From positions 37,324,001 to 37,388,000 of the forward strand of contig NC_135819.1 of assembly GCF_964213995.1 (NCBI RefSeq): 64,000 nt of DNA. The letters are read 5' to 3'. The translations under genes and the position numbers were made by a program. The notes under the pieces are model-generated. The model worked only from the letters and a program-made list of their open reading frames with translations. It searched no databases and was not told the DNA's origin. Positions 1 through 11,610 of this stretch are shown in pieces. This DNA comes from Mustelus asterias. Lineage: Eukaryota. Within the stretch, counting starts at the first letter, position 1. Each line of letters opens with the position of its first letter.

Positions 1-1009
1 GGAGCTTATTAGGAAAATGATTAGGCAAATTACACAGGTGTCGGATGCATTTTTTATGATAAATTTGCTAGAACAATCCTGCAATTCCATCTGTTCAGCT
101 GGTTATCAGAATGTCAGCCTGGAAGAATTAATGGGGCAGAGTCACAAACTTAAAAGGGGAGGGGGGGTCTCCGGGAATTAAACCCAGCCTGTGAGTTTGA
201 GTGGGTGGATGTGGATGTGGGGCCCACATCGTTCTGGGCTGGCTGAAGAAACTGGAGCTCAGAATATCCCATATTCAAAGTGCGCAACACTAACTGTTTC
301 TGTTATAATTTTCCCTGTTCCAAACACTCAGAAAATAAATGACGAAATGTTAAATTAATGCCATCGGAAATTGAAATTAACGCTTACTATTTAAATAATC
401 AATTTCCCAATTTATCAAGTCCTGCGTTGACTAGACCAGAGAGGTGTACAATATGTATATAGTCTCAATCCACACTGTTATTATGATTTGGTAGAAATAG
501 GGAAATAATTATATAGTATAAATGGTTCTTGAATCACAGTGTGTGTACTCACTGAGTGGAGTATGCTGATTAGATTTCAGGCAACTCATTGTGTATTAAT
601 GGTAATGAAGAGAAGAGGGAGACAATTGCTTAAATGGGGGATTGACAAGTGACAATGATTAATGGTGTTTTTGTTTATTGATCTGGCTCGGTGCCAAAGG
701 TACGAAGGCTGAATTTCGCAAACACTCTCTGCTGATAATACAGCGATAGAACAGGTGCACGCCTGGCCTTGTCATAGATGAGTATTTGAGGAAGTGAAGT
801 CTTTCCGTGTCTAACAATTCTACTTCACGGTAATTTGTTAAATGTAGTGAACTTTGCATCCTGGACCGTTATTTGAAGCACGCATGACGCAAAATATGCC
901 CTGGCCCAGTTTCTGAAGAAGCTGCCATCGTGTGAATTATTGGGACCACGGTTGCACTGCAGTTCAAACAGATATCAAATGTTTTATCACAGAAACAAAA
1001 CATGGCACC

Positions 1010-1088
1010 TGCTGGGGATCTGAAATAAAAATAGAGAATGCTGGAAACACTCAGGTCAGGCAGCATCTGTGGAAAGAGAAACAGAGTT
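1010..1088 (-). mobile_element. Penelope-like element 3' terminal fragment
   Basis: ctgaaataaaa...tgctggaaacactcaggtcaggcagcatctgtgga..gagaaacagagtt is the reverse complement of the terminus type seen at 31500-31565. Confidence 0.55.
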
Positions 1089-1099
1089 TAGATCTTATA

Positions 1100-1510
1100 T
1101 TTGATTTCTAATTGCATTGGGATACAATGAAAAGTATTGTTTCTTGCGAGCTTTACAGACAAAGCATACTGTTCATAGAGTACATGGGGGAGAAGGAAAA
1201 GAGAGAGTGCAGAATGTAGTGTCACCGTCATAGCTAGGGTGCAGGGAAAGATCAACTTAATACAAGGTAGTTTCCATTCAAAAGTCTGATGACAGCAGAG
1301 AAGAAGCTGTTCTTGAGTCAGTTAGTACGTGATTTTTGTATCTTTTTCCCGATGGAAGAATTTGGAAGAGAGTATGTCTGGCGTCTGTGGGGTCCTTGAT
1401 TATTCTGGCTGCTTTCCCGAGGCAGCGGGAAGTGTAGACGGAGTCAATGGATGGAAGGCTGGTTTGCGTGATGGACTGGGCTACGTTCACAACCCTTTGT
1501 AGTTTTATGT
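1100..1510 (-). mobile_element. Rex1/Babar-like LINE 3' fragment
   Basis: Peptide NVAQSITQTSLPSIDSVYTSRCLGKAARIIKDP..LPSGKRY (Rex1 ORF C-terminus) plus a 3' UTR shared with 20872, 29548 and 52500. Confidence 0.8.
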
Positions 1511-1804
1511 AGTGTCATGCCAGTAGAGACGTGAAGGTAACATGTTTTTTTGAAACGGTGTTCCTTTTAAAATGGATCTTGATGAACTTATAAAATTGCT
1601 GCCAAAGGGGATTTGCAATTTCGACAGAGATCAAGCTTTCTGGAAAGTTCCAGATTGGATTACAATGGGTTGGGGTCCCTCCCCTTGAATGGATATGCCT
1701 AAACAGCATCCCTCCGTGAAATTCCACAATGATGTTGTCCAAGCTGAACAAATTCAATAGGCTCCATGGCTTTATGATTCCCAGTTCGCCATTTAAAAAA
1801 AACT

Positions 1805-2452
1805 AATTGATGGGATGTGGACATCACTGGCTAGGCCAGCATTTATTACCCATCCCTACTTTCCCTTGATAAGGTGGTGTCAAGCTGCCTTCTTGAATCT
1901 TTGCAGTCCCTGAGGTGTAGGTACACCCACAGTGCTGTTACAAAAGGAGTTCTAGAATTTTGATCCAATGGCGGTGAAGGTACGGTGATATATTTTGAAG
2001 TCAGGATGGTGAGTGACTTGGAGAGGAATTTGCAGGTAGTGGTGTTACCCCAGGTATCTGCTGTTCTTGTCCTTCTAGATGATAGTGGCCGTGGGTTTGG
2101 AAGGTGCTGCCTAAGAGACCTTGATAAATTCCTGCAGTGCACCTTTTAGATGATCCACATGTCTGCCATTGTTCTTCGATGGTGGAGGGAATGAATGTTT
2201 GTGGAAGGGTTAGCAATCAAGCAGGCTGCTTTGTCCCTGATGGTGTCCAGTTTCCTGAATGTGGTTGGAGCTGCACTCATCCAGGCAAGTAGTCCATCAC
2301 ACTCTTGACTTGTGCCTTGCAGATGGTGGATAGGCTTTGAGGAGCCAGGAGGTGAGTTATTAGCCACAGGATTCCCAGCCTTTGACCACGGTATTTATAT
2401 GGCTAGTCCAGCTTAGTTTCTGGTCATTGGTAATCTCCAGGATGTTGATAGT
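1805..2452 (-). mobile_element. CR1-group (L2/Crack-like) LINE 3' fragment
   Basis: LAWMSAAPTTFRKLDTIRDKAACLI..HSLHHRRT; sense tail gggatgggtaataaatgctggcctagccagtgatgtccacatccc; same family at 6200, 40120, 49740, 61622. Confidence 0.7.
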
Positions 2453-2750
2453 GTAACAAAGGAGCACTATTGAGACCAGTCATCCACAAGTGAGGGTGGG
2501 AGATCACCATTTATCTTTCATTGAATATCAGTAGCCTTTGATCATGTGACTGTAACTATTACTTCCCTATGGAAAGATCACCATTTGCTTCTTATTGTGT
2601 ATTGATGGCCATTAATTATGTGACTGAAACTGTTCTATGAAGCTGAAAATATTTTATTCCAAGACTCTGCCTGCTCTAGGGCAGTCTGCAGACCAACATC
2701 ATCAATACCACAGCTGCAGAGAAAGGCTATGACACCTTGCCTTTCAATTA

Positions 2751-3045
2751 AGGGCAGCACAGTGGTTAGCACTGCTGCCTCATAGCCAGAGACCCAGGTT
2801 CGATTCCCGGCTTGGGTCACTGTCTGTGTGGAGTTTGCACATTCTCCCCCTGTCTGCGTGGCTTTCCTCTGGGTGCTCCGGTTTCCTCCCACAGTCCGAA
2901 AGACGTGCATTGGCCATGCTAAATTCTCCCTCCGTGTACTCGAGCTGGTGCCAGAGTGTGGCGACTAGTGGGTTTTCACAGTGATTTCATTGCAGTGTTA
3001 ATGTAAACCTACTTGTGACACTAATAAATAAACAAACTTTAAAAA
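2751..3045 (+). mobile_element. HE1-related V-SINE, tail type A
   Basis: tRNA-like head (gtggttagcactgctgcctca, ggttcgattcc), V domain (gggtgctccggtttcctcccacag), tail tgtgacactaataaataa. Confidence 0.85.
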
Positions 3046-3502
3046 AATCTGGAAGGTCTTTGAAAAACCTCCTGCAACTTATTCCCGAAAAGCTCCGAGC
3101 TCACCTGTCAGGAAATTAGACCTCTGGTTACAAGAGCCACCAGGGCCTGTTCATTTGTCCTGCTGAACATTCTTTACCTCAAAGGAGGCCGGCAGTTAAC
3201 CTGGACCTGACCCCAGCCACCCGAACTTACCTGAACTTCAACTGCAGAGTGGGGAGAGCTCCCTCCTTTACTGGGCTCTCAAAGACACATGTACTGCTCA
3301 CAATTCTGTGTGGCCTTAATGCTTGGTGAATTGCACTGCCATCCTTATTTGTATCTGTCTAGGCTGCATGTCGTGTGATTGACATAACGTAGACTCACCA
3401 GGATGAGCGCACAAATACTCACTCCGAGCTTAAATCCAGGAAAATCTGTTGCTGGTGACTTTAAGTTGACAGCACAGGGGTTTGGGAATACACACTTCAG
3501 CC

Positions 3503-5355
3503 TTTTCCTTTTTGCTCTAAGAATATTTTTATTGCAGGTTTTCATTTTACATTTGCCAGAAATGCAACAAATCCTCCAAACATTTCGTACAGCACAGAGT
3601 GAGCATCATTCCACACAAACATACAGAAAAGACCAATAAATATTCATACAAATTATTCCAATTATCCATCATTGCTATCATTGTAGTCTGCATCTCCTCT
3701 TATACAGATAAAGAACGGATATCAGACAGAGTGGGGAACCTCAGGACAACAGGATAGAGCACATGGCCCCACATTGCACACCCTCCCCCATAGACAGGGC
3801 TCAAAATATACGGAATCCCTTATGGGGTAATGTACAAGAGCCTGATACGGCATTCCATGACCCACCCCTTTGGTACTGCCCAATGCATGGTGGACAGTGA
3901 GAAGGTGCCCCTTGGGCATTGCCATTTTGCTCTTTGGGCAGTGCCAGGGGGCCCAGGCTGGCACTGACAAGCTGGCAATGCCCAGGGGGCACCCCCCTTA
4001 CCGCTGACCCCCTGGGGGGCTCGATGGCCTCCGTTCACCCCAGTGGGGATCGGACCACCAACTCCCCGCCAGTGGGGAGCTGTTGTAAACCTCGCTGGAG
4101 TGGAACACATCTGGCAGGGGCGGGAGAGGCTCGCGGGCCCTGGGATTTCAGTCCCAGGCTCCCTAATGGGATTTAGATAATTTATGTGAATTTAGATAAT
4201 TTATACAGCATCGCGCCGATTTCTGACACAGAGCTGATGGCGCCGGTAATCCGGTGCCTGGAGACTCACGGAGGTCGTGGCATTCAGCAGGGAGCCCACT
4301 ACACGGCGTCCGGTTGAGTCTCCCAGCCCGCCACACTGCGAGAATTGCACCTCATATGAAAGATCAGGATTCAAATCTCAAGAGCACAAAGTTCAGGATT
4401 AATGATGGACTAACAGGATAAAATAACCATCCACAGGGCTAGAAAAGGCCAAAGCCATGACAAGGGTCACCAAGCAACATCCAGGATCAATCCAGAGTTT
4501 CACCGAAGCCTCTACACCTCCGCCATGTCGTCATCCTGAAGCCGCGGCAAAGAAAAGTCGAAATTCCGGTGGGTGACGAGGACCCGCACTACCGGCCGCC
4601 CCCAACCCTTCTCGATGAACACCGAGGACAAAATAACGCAAGACCAGTGGTCGGAGCCTTTGACCTGCCCCAAGCCTCTAAAACCGGATACAATTTGCTT
4701 CATCGAACTCGAGACACTCGGCCTTCAAATCGAGATTGTGAAGGCACGGCAGCTAATTCTCTATTTCAGCCGGGAATTCATCCCCAGCTCCCCTCAGGAG
4801 ACCGGGCTCACAGATATTCCCTCTCCAGTCCCATCTCCCCAAGTCAGCCAGGATGTACAACACACCATGCAGCAGAGATTTCCAAAAACTGAAGGTTCTT
4901 CACTGAGGAAACTGCCCTCTCGACTAACTGGATTCTCTTCCCCCCCCCCCCACCTTTATCCATCATTTTCAGGATATCTTGCGCTTCATCAAAAGGAGCA
5001 CCAGAAATCGGTGCCAAGGAGCCAGACCATTGTCCACAACTTCACCCATAATGTCGGCCATTATGTCGATGCCAAAGCATCACTGAGGCATAGGCCCACT
5101 CGTCAGCCAAACCTCCACAGCGAACTGGACCCCAGCCTGGCCATCTCCATTTGTCTCGATCAAACAAGGATTTTCTTGAGTTAACTCGGATCCCCTTTGC
5201 CAAAAGCTAGTCAGGATCAGAGCACCGATTATACACATTAGTATCGGATAATCATGGGCTGTGCATCAGGATGAAAAACAAATGAATAGATGAGCAGCAC
5301 CAGACCTCGCAAAAACGCAGCCTCTCTGGCAATACTTTATGTGATTACTTCCCCC
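3503..5355 (-). mobile_element. L1-derived element with ORF1 remnant and no ORF2 (HAL1-like), interrupted by a MITE
   Basis: Minus frame ~4870-4640 LADLGRWDWRGNICEPGLLRGAGDEFPAEIEN*LPCLHNLDLKAECLEFDEANCIRF*RLGAGQRLRPLVLRY resembles the L1 ORF1p RRM; AATAAA (3528-3533, minus) and a decayed A-tail near 3503-3513. Confidence 0.6.
3726..4352. mobile_element. GC-rich non-autonomous DNA transposon fragment (Harbinger-type MITE)
   Basis: GC-rich block with internal inverted motifs ending gcgagaattgcacc, like other ggg(c/t)..aatt termini in the window. Confidence 0.5.
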
Positions 5356-5511
5356 CCTCCCCCGACATCATCCTTTTCAAAACGAAACCACACTGATTAC
5401 AGACAGAAGGGAAGAGGACTTGCGGCTTTCAATTTATCCCCCTTCCTTGACTATAACACTCAACAGGTGCTGTATGACCTGCTGAGTATTTCCAGCAACC
5501 ACAAATACTTT

Positions 5512-5636
5512 GACTGGAATTTTACCGTTCTGCCCACCACGGGAATTGGAGCGGGCGAGGGGCAGACCATAGAAAGGTCTGTGGACCTCGGGCGGGATTT
5601 TACGGTTTCAGGATGAGCGAGGCCTAAAACCCCACC
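5512..5636. mobile_element. ~125-bp Harbinger-type MITE
   Basis: Homologous to 20406-20532 and 30031-30157 (gaccat.gaaaggtc core, inverted termini). Confidence 0.7.
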
Positions 5637-6199
5637 TTTTGTGTCTTTGTTTCGCGCAGTGAATGCTTAAAGACCCCAGTGTTGCTTTGCCCATTGGAGA
5701 ACAGAATTTTACCCATTCGGCACTTAACAAAATAACGCAGTCTTTCTCTGGGTATGACAGGGGACAGCATTAACATCTGGCACCTCTGCCACCGGTTGTG
5801 TGGGACTGCTACCATTCTTTTACCCAGTGGTGTAACTGCAGAGGCGCAACCCAGAGTTCTCATCTGTCTTAATGGGACAATAGACATTGGTTTCTGTTTT
5901 GTACATAATCAACGGTGGGTATTTTGAGAAATGTTTATTTCTCTTGAGTCTTGGCTCATCCCATTTGCATACCAGCAGGTGTACAATCTGTCCTGAACCC
6001 AAAACAATCAGGCAACCTTTAAAGTGTGACTTAAAGTTCTTAAAATTTCCTTGTAAAAAATTCCTTGCTATATTTAAAAGTGGTAACTAGGCACAGTTTG
6101 ATTAATGCAGCTGAAAATGCGTTTTTCACAAAATACAAACACTTTTAATCATAGTCCCAATCTACCACCTGGCAGTTAGCGAATTTTAAATCTAGTTTT

Positions 6200-6663
6200 A
6201 AAATGCTTTCACAGGGATGTGGGCATCGCTGGCAGGGCCAGTATTTTCTGTCCACCCCCAGTAACTGCCCTTGAGTGGTTGTGGTGAGCCGCTTTCTTGA
6301 ACTGCTGCGCATCATGTGGTGTAGGTACATCCACAGTGCCGTTAGGGAGGGAGTCCCATGATTTTGACCCAGCGACAGTGAAGGAAACCAGTCCAAGTCA
6401 GGGTGATGAATGGCCTGAAGGGGAATTTGTGGGGGTGGTGGTGTTTCCATGTGTCTGCTGTTCTTGTCCTTCTAGAGGTTGTGGTAATCAAAAGGTGCTG
6501 TTGAAGGAAGCTTGGTGATTTCCTGCAGTGCATCTCGTAGATGTACACACTGCTACCACTGTTCTTTCGATGGTGGAGGGAGTGAATGTTTAGCCTGATG
6601 GATGGGGTTGCCAAACAAGCGGGATGCTTTGTTCTGGATGATGTTGAGCTTCTAGAGTGTTGT
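6200..6663 (-). mobile_element. CR1-group (L2/Crack-like) LINE 3' fragment
   Basis: HSLHHR peptide and the same 3' end as 1805-2452. Confidence 0.7.
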
Positions 6664-6664
6664 T

Positions 6665-6917
6665 AACTTTTATTTGTTAGTGTCACAAGTAGGCTAACAT
6701 TAACACCGTGAAAATCCCCTAGTCGCCACACTCTGCTGTTTGGCTCAATGCACCTAACCAGCACGTCTTTAAGACTGTGGGAGGAAACCGGAGCACCCGG
6801 AGGAAACCCACGCAGACGCGGGGAGTATGTGCAAACTCCACACAGACAGTGACCCAAGCCGGGAATCGAACACGGATCGCTGGCACTATGAGGCAGCATT
6901 ATGCCACCTTGCGGCCC
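6665..6917 (-). mobile_element. V-SINE, tail type A
   Basis: Reverse complement of the 2751-3045 family. Confidence 0.85.
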
Positions 6918-7527
6918 TATGGAACTGCACTAATCCAGGTAAGTGGAGAACATTCCACCATACTCCTGATTTGAATCTTCGAGATGGTGGAGTGGTTTTG
7001 GGGAATAAGTTACTCTCTACAGAATTCCCAGTAATTACATTCAACAACTTTGAAAACATTCCTGTTAGTGTCTTTACATCCAAATGAACCAACTTAATGT
7101 TGGACCCTCCTTGGAGGTCCATGAACAGGTGCAATGAATGAAAACTCCCAATGGTGATTCATTCATCCTGGGGGGCATTGTTAGTTTCATATACAGGACA
7201 GTTTTTAACGTGTTCTTTTCCACTATCTTTCGTACCAATTTGGTTGATTTTGGACAATTGAGGCCAAGAGAACAAAAATGTGATTGTGAACAAATTATTG
7301 GGAATACTCCAGTTCTCCAATTGCCTAATCCTTAGGCTTTGGTGGCTGGTTCAGAAAATATTCGGAGCTAGATTTGGGATGTTTGTGAATTGGGACGAGG
7401 ATCACATATCAGGACCTCTGTTGTCATCAGCCATTATAAACGTGACAAAAATCAATTCTTGAAAAGTTGGCTTTTCCATGTGGGACTGGTTTTAGAATTT
7501 CTTCTGTTGTTGAGTCTAAAAGACTCT

Positions 7528-9060
7528 GGTCAGAAGTTTACATGTTTGGATGGAAGGGAAAGGACTGGACCCAGAAGTGTGTAAAATCTCGTGAGAAGAT
7601 GTCAGGAGGGTTTCCCGATGTCACTGTGTGATTTTGAGATTCGGGGCACATGCACAGATTGGATGTGTGCCTGTCGACAATTGAAGGGCCATTTAAGACC
7701 GTTAAAAGTCCAATCGGAAGTGAATTTATATTACCTGTGTGATTTTTTTTTTTAGCCTGTTGCACAGGCAAAACGGTGGGTGCCCACTCTGTTTTTTGCA
7801 TTTCCTCATCCAAGGACAGCAGCAGTTCCATTGTGATAGAGTTCCTAGGCATGCGAGTATAGGGTTTAGCTTGAGTTTCCGAGTTATTGCTTAGTGGTGG
7901 TACGGTGGCACAATGGTTCACACTGCTGCCTCACAGCGCCAGGGACCTGGGTTCGATTCCTGCCTTGGGTCACTATCTGTGCAGAGTCTGTACATTCTCC
8001 CCGTATCTGCATGGGTTTCCTCTGGGTGCTCCGGTTTCCTCCCACAGTCCGAAAGACGTGCTGGTTAGGTGCATTGGCCATGCTAAATTCTCCCTCCGTG
8101 TACCCGAACAGGCGCCAGAGTGTGGCGACTAGGGGATTTTCACAGTAATGTCATTGCAGTGTTATAAGTCTACTTGTGACACTAATAAATAAACTTAATA
8201 TTTAAGCAGGGGCTTTCAGCATTTCAGGACTTCCCTGGAAGGTTTTCCTGAGCTTGTTCAAGGCGCTGGTCCCCTGCATCTGCTCCAATGAAGAAGAGGA
8301 AGAGGGGCAGGAGGGAGAGACAGCATGGTGAGTGCAGGTAGCATCCCAGACAGAGGCACAGCCTCAGTTAATGCGGGGCCAGCATGGAGGCCATGTGGGA
8401 GGGGGCACCAAAGACCCAACTACTTGGGGGCTCGAGTATACAGCCAGCGCACCAATTACCTGCAAATGTCTGACAACTAGTGTCACAGGAGCCTTCACCT
8501 CTTCAGGGAAACAGTCACTTCCATTTGCGAAATGAAAGGTCCTGAGATTGCCTCCAAACGCTCGGAGGATTGCCCCATGCTGGTGGCACTGAAGGTTACA
8601 GTGGCGGATCTCACAAACAGCTGCACAAAATTATGTCAGGCTAGTCACTGGTGCCCTCTTCAAACACACCTGCACTTTCATCAACTACTACACAGACGAG
8701 GGCAGTCAAACACCGAGAGCACGAGGGTTTGTGGCGATGTCTGGGTTTCCCCACGTTAAGGATGCTGTAGACTGCATGCATGAGGCTATCAGGACACCAG
8801 CTGGAGAGCCAGGAGCTTCCATCAACAGGAAGGGGAACCACTTGATGAATGTGCAGATTGTCTGTGATCACAGGACACAGGTTCTACAAGTCTGTGCCCC
8901 TTATCCTGCGGGCTCACATGTTTCATACATCCTGCGGCACTCTCAGGTACCAACGCTGTTTGTGGCTCCTGAAAAATTGGATGGATTGCTCCTGGGTGGC
9001 CCTTGAAGAGGTGGTTAATGACCCCACTCCACCACTGAGACCGAGGAGAGATATGTCGTC
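7528..9060 (+). mobile_element. Decayed PIF/Harbinger DNA transposon; transposase pseudogene ~8400-9060
   Basis: GFPHVKDAVDCMHEAIR..INRKGNHLMNVQIVCDH..CAPYPAGSH..LLG then LKRWLMTP matches Harbinger DDE_Tnp_4 motifs, with frameshifts; TIR-like ggtcagaagttta near 7528. Confidence 0.8.
7895..8198 (+). mobile_element. V-SINE, tail type A, full length
   Basis: Head, V domain and tail as at 2751; nested in the Harbinger element. Confidence 0.9.
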
Positions 9061-9525
9061 TCGGTGCCCTCGCTGCCCCGCCTTCTTCACCCACTGGCAG
9101 TGGAATTGGTGGCAGCCCGCTCATTTTGCTGTCCTGGTGACCTTGATGACTTTGGCGGACATCCCGTGGACACTGGTGCGTGAGCCAGCCCCAGCTGGGA
9201 AAGAGAATCCAGCCTCATGTCTGGGCACTCCTCAGAGGTCACAGTATCGTCAGATGCAGCGGTCACTGGCAGAGGGGTGGAGGAGATGCCACCATTGTCT
9301 AGAGCACTCTGAGAGGAACCCACAAAGACGACAGACGGCTCACCTGCCAGTGTGAGGTTATTTGCACCTCCCTGCTCATGATTGTTGGACAAGCACCAGT
9401 AGTGAGACTGGGTGTCCTGACCTGCAGGTCTGAACCTGACCCCTGGAATCCCTGAGGGAAACTCTGAAGCATCCTCGTCACAAGAGTCACCACTCTCTCA
9501 ATAGAAGACGCTGTGTGCTCAGGAT

Positions 9526-9628
9526 TCCCACTCACCTGAAGAAGGGGCTTGGAGCTCCGAAAGCTTGTGTGGCTTTTGCTACCAAATAAACCTGTTGGAC
9601 TTTAACCTGGTGTTGTTAAGCTTCTTAC
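9526..9628 (+). mobile_element. Penelope-like terminal fragment with minimal hammerhead motif
   Basis: cacCTGAAGAaggggcttggagctccGAAAgcttgtg; flanked by direct repeat tgtgctcaggat (9514-9525, 9629-9640). Confidence 0.8.
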
Positions 9629-9856
9629 TGTGCTCAGGATCAACGCAGTGCTTATGTTCCAAATGGACGCCTCAGTATCGGAAGCCATTGAATACAGTCC
9701 CTCATGGATCTCTGCCAGATCCTCCTGGACTTACAGTAACTCCCACCTGATGGATGTCTCCAGATCTGCCTGAGGTTCAGCCTGGTCCTGGTCTCCAGCA
9801 GTTCTGTAAGAAATGAATCTGTGGAGTCCCTAGTTTTTATTTACATGTGACATATG

Positions 9857-10173
9857 TGTGGTGAACCATCGTTGGTTCCCACTGGATAGTACTGAGCCAG
9901 GGTCTGGCCAGTACTACAAGGATGTACATATGTTACTGTTGGGTTGTGCTACTTGTTGCTGTTGGGGTTAGGGTGGGGTTGTTACACCTTTGTACTGTAG
10001 TGTTGTGGTACATCCCAGTTGGGCTCCGCCTCCTGGGAGAGGTATAAAAGTCCCTGCTCTGGCTGGGACCCCTTCAGTCTGGGATCGTGTATATAATTAT
10101 TGGCTGCTTCATTACAGTAAATAAAAGCCTTTATTTCCCGAGCATCTAGCCTCGTGTTTGATAACGCGCATCA
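9857..10173 (+). mobile_element. Solo LTR
   Basis: TG...CA termini, perfect 5-bp TSD ATATG (9852-9856, 10174-10178), TATAAAA near 10043, AATAAA near 10120. Confidence 0.85.
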
Positions 10174-10577
10174 ATATGTAAACACAGAAACATGTAAACA
10201 CTGCGATTGTCTGCAATTTTAAACTGAGGAAATAATTCAGTCGCTGCCCATGCTACTTTTTAACAAACAATGACCACAGCCAATAGAGAATATGATTTCA
10301 GATCAATGAAAAATTTTAACTGAATGCATCAATGCTGAACTTAGACCATTTGAGATGTACCCTTTATGGGGTCAGTCTGCTATATCACATCATTTGGTTT
10401 CATATAATTAAATGCTTGGAGCTCATAAAGTTTTGGATAATAGTTGCATTTTTAAAAGTAGCGCTCCGTGTCATTTCTCACTATAGGCTGGATGTTTCAA
10501 TGCATTAGAATAATGACAACAACAACTAGTATTTGTATGGTGTCCTTAATACATTGGATTGTGAAAGGAGATATTAG

Positions 10578-10915
10578 AGGTGATCTTACCAAATGAATTC
10601 TAAGTGCCAAATGAATGTGAACATGGCAGGCAATTGGGCCGATTCTTTGGGCAAACCCCCAGATGTAATCATACAGTACTTAGAAAAAAAAGAGCCCGGA
10701 TGTGGTTCTCACCAGTAGGGGGGAGTGGGCAGAACCTATTTTTACCAGGAAGCCGGCTGTTGAGCTCAAGGGGCGCCATTGCACAGGTACCCTGATCACC
10801 CAGATGTCACCCAACTTCACCGCCACGGACAATGTCCTCCACCCATCCCCCCACACTGATCACCGCACCAGGCACCGCCACCCCCCCCCCCCCCCCGACC
10901 CCCCGCCCCCCATTT
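10578..10915. mobile_element. Harbinger-type MITE fragment
   Basis: ggtgatcttacc..aagtgcc start resembles the 31995 element; interrupts L2. Confidence 0.4.
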
Positions 10916-11025
10916 GACCGGCTTGATCAAAGAGGTAAGCTTTAAGGAGTGCCTTAAAAGAGAATCCCCTTGGACTTACAGTAACTCATCACCTGCCTGA
11001 GGTTCAGCATGATCCTGGTCTCCAG

Positions 11026-11590
11026 CAACGGATGAATGGACACCACTCGACAATCACCAGGCAGGAATATTCTCTTCCTGTCGGGGAACACTTCCGCAGT
11101 CAAGGGCATTCAGCCTCTGATCTTCGGGTAAGTGTTCTCCAAGGTGGCCTTCAACACACATGACAACGTAGAATCACCGAGCAGAAACTGATAGCCAAGT
11201 TCCGCACACATGAGGACGGCCTCAACCGGGATCTTGCGTTCATGTCACACTATCTGTAACCCCCATGACTTGCCTGGGCTTGCAAAATCTCACTAACTGT
11301 CCTGGCTTGAGAGAATTCACACGTCCTTAACCTTTGCTTAACCTTCTCTCCACTCGCATTGCCTGTACCTGTAAAGACTTGATTACCTGTTAAGACTCGC
11401 ATTCCAACCATTATCTTGCAATTGTGTCTCTGTCTATATATGCCCTGTTTGTGAACATAACTCTTCACTCACCCGATGAAGGAGCAGCGCTCCGAAAGCT
11501 CGTGCTACCAAATAAACCTGTTGGACTTTAACCTGGTGTTGTGAGACTTCTTACTGTGCCCACCCCAGTCCAACACTGGCATCTCCACAT
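11026..11590 (+). mobile_element. Penelope-like element 3' part: GIY-YIG endonuclease C-terminus (11026-11259) plus terminal repeat with hammerhead motif
   Basis: QRMNGHHSTITRQEYSLPVGEHF..GHSASDLRVSVLQGG..EQKLIAKFRTHEDGLNRD; cccgatgaaggagcagcgctccgaaagctcgtg at ~11472-11504; 10-bp TSD cttaaaagag (10953-10962, 11591-11600). Confidence 0.9.
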
Positions 11591-11610
11591 CTTAAAAGAG
11601 GAAGGAGTGA

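Noticed and set aside
659-1066. Short minus-strand ORFs as exons
   Set aside because: No recognisable protein similarity or convincing splice sites; one overlaps a PLE fragment
4573-5184. 203-aa plus-strand ORF as a host gene
   Set aside because: No recognisable domain; it lies antisense to an L1 ORF1 remnant
7887-8148. Recurrent 'MAQWLALLPHS..GHCLCGVC' ORF family and tRNA-like heads as genes
   Set aside because: Translations and Pol III heads of V-SINE copies, not proteins or tRNAs
8731-9006. Host HARBI1 gene
   Set aside because: Frameshifted, with degenerate catalytic motifs and transposon context; a Harbinger fossil
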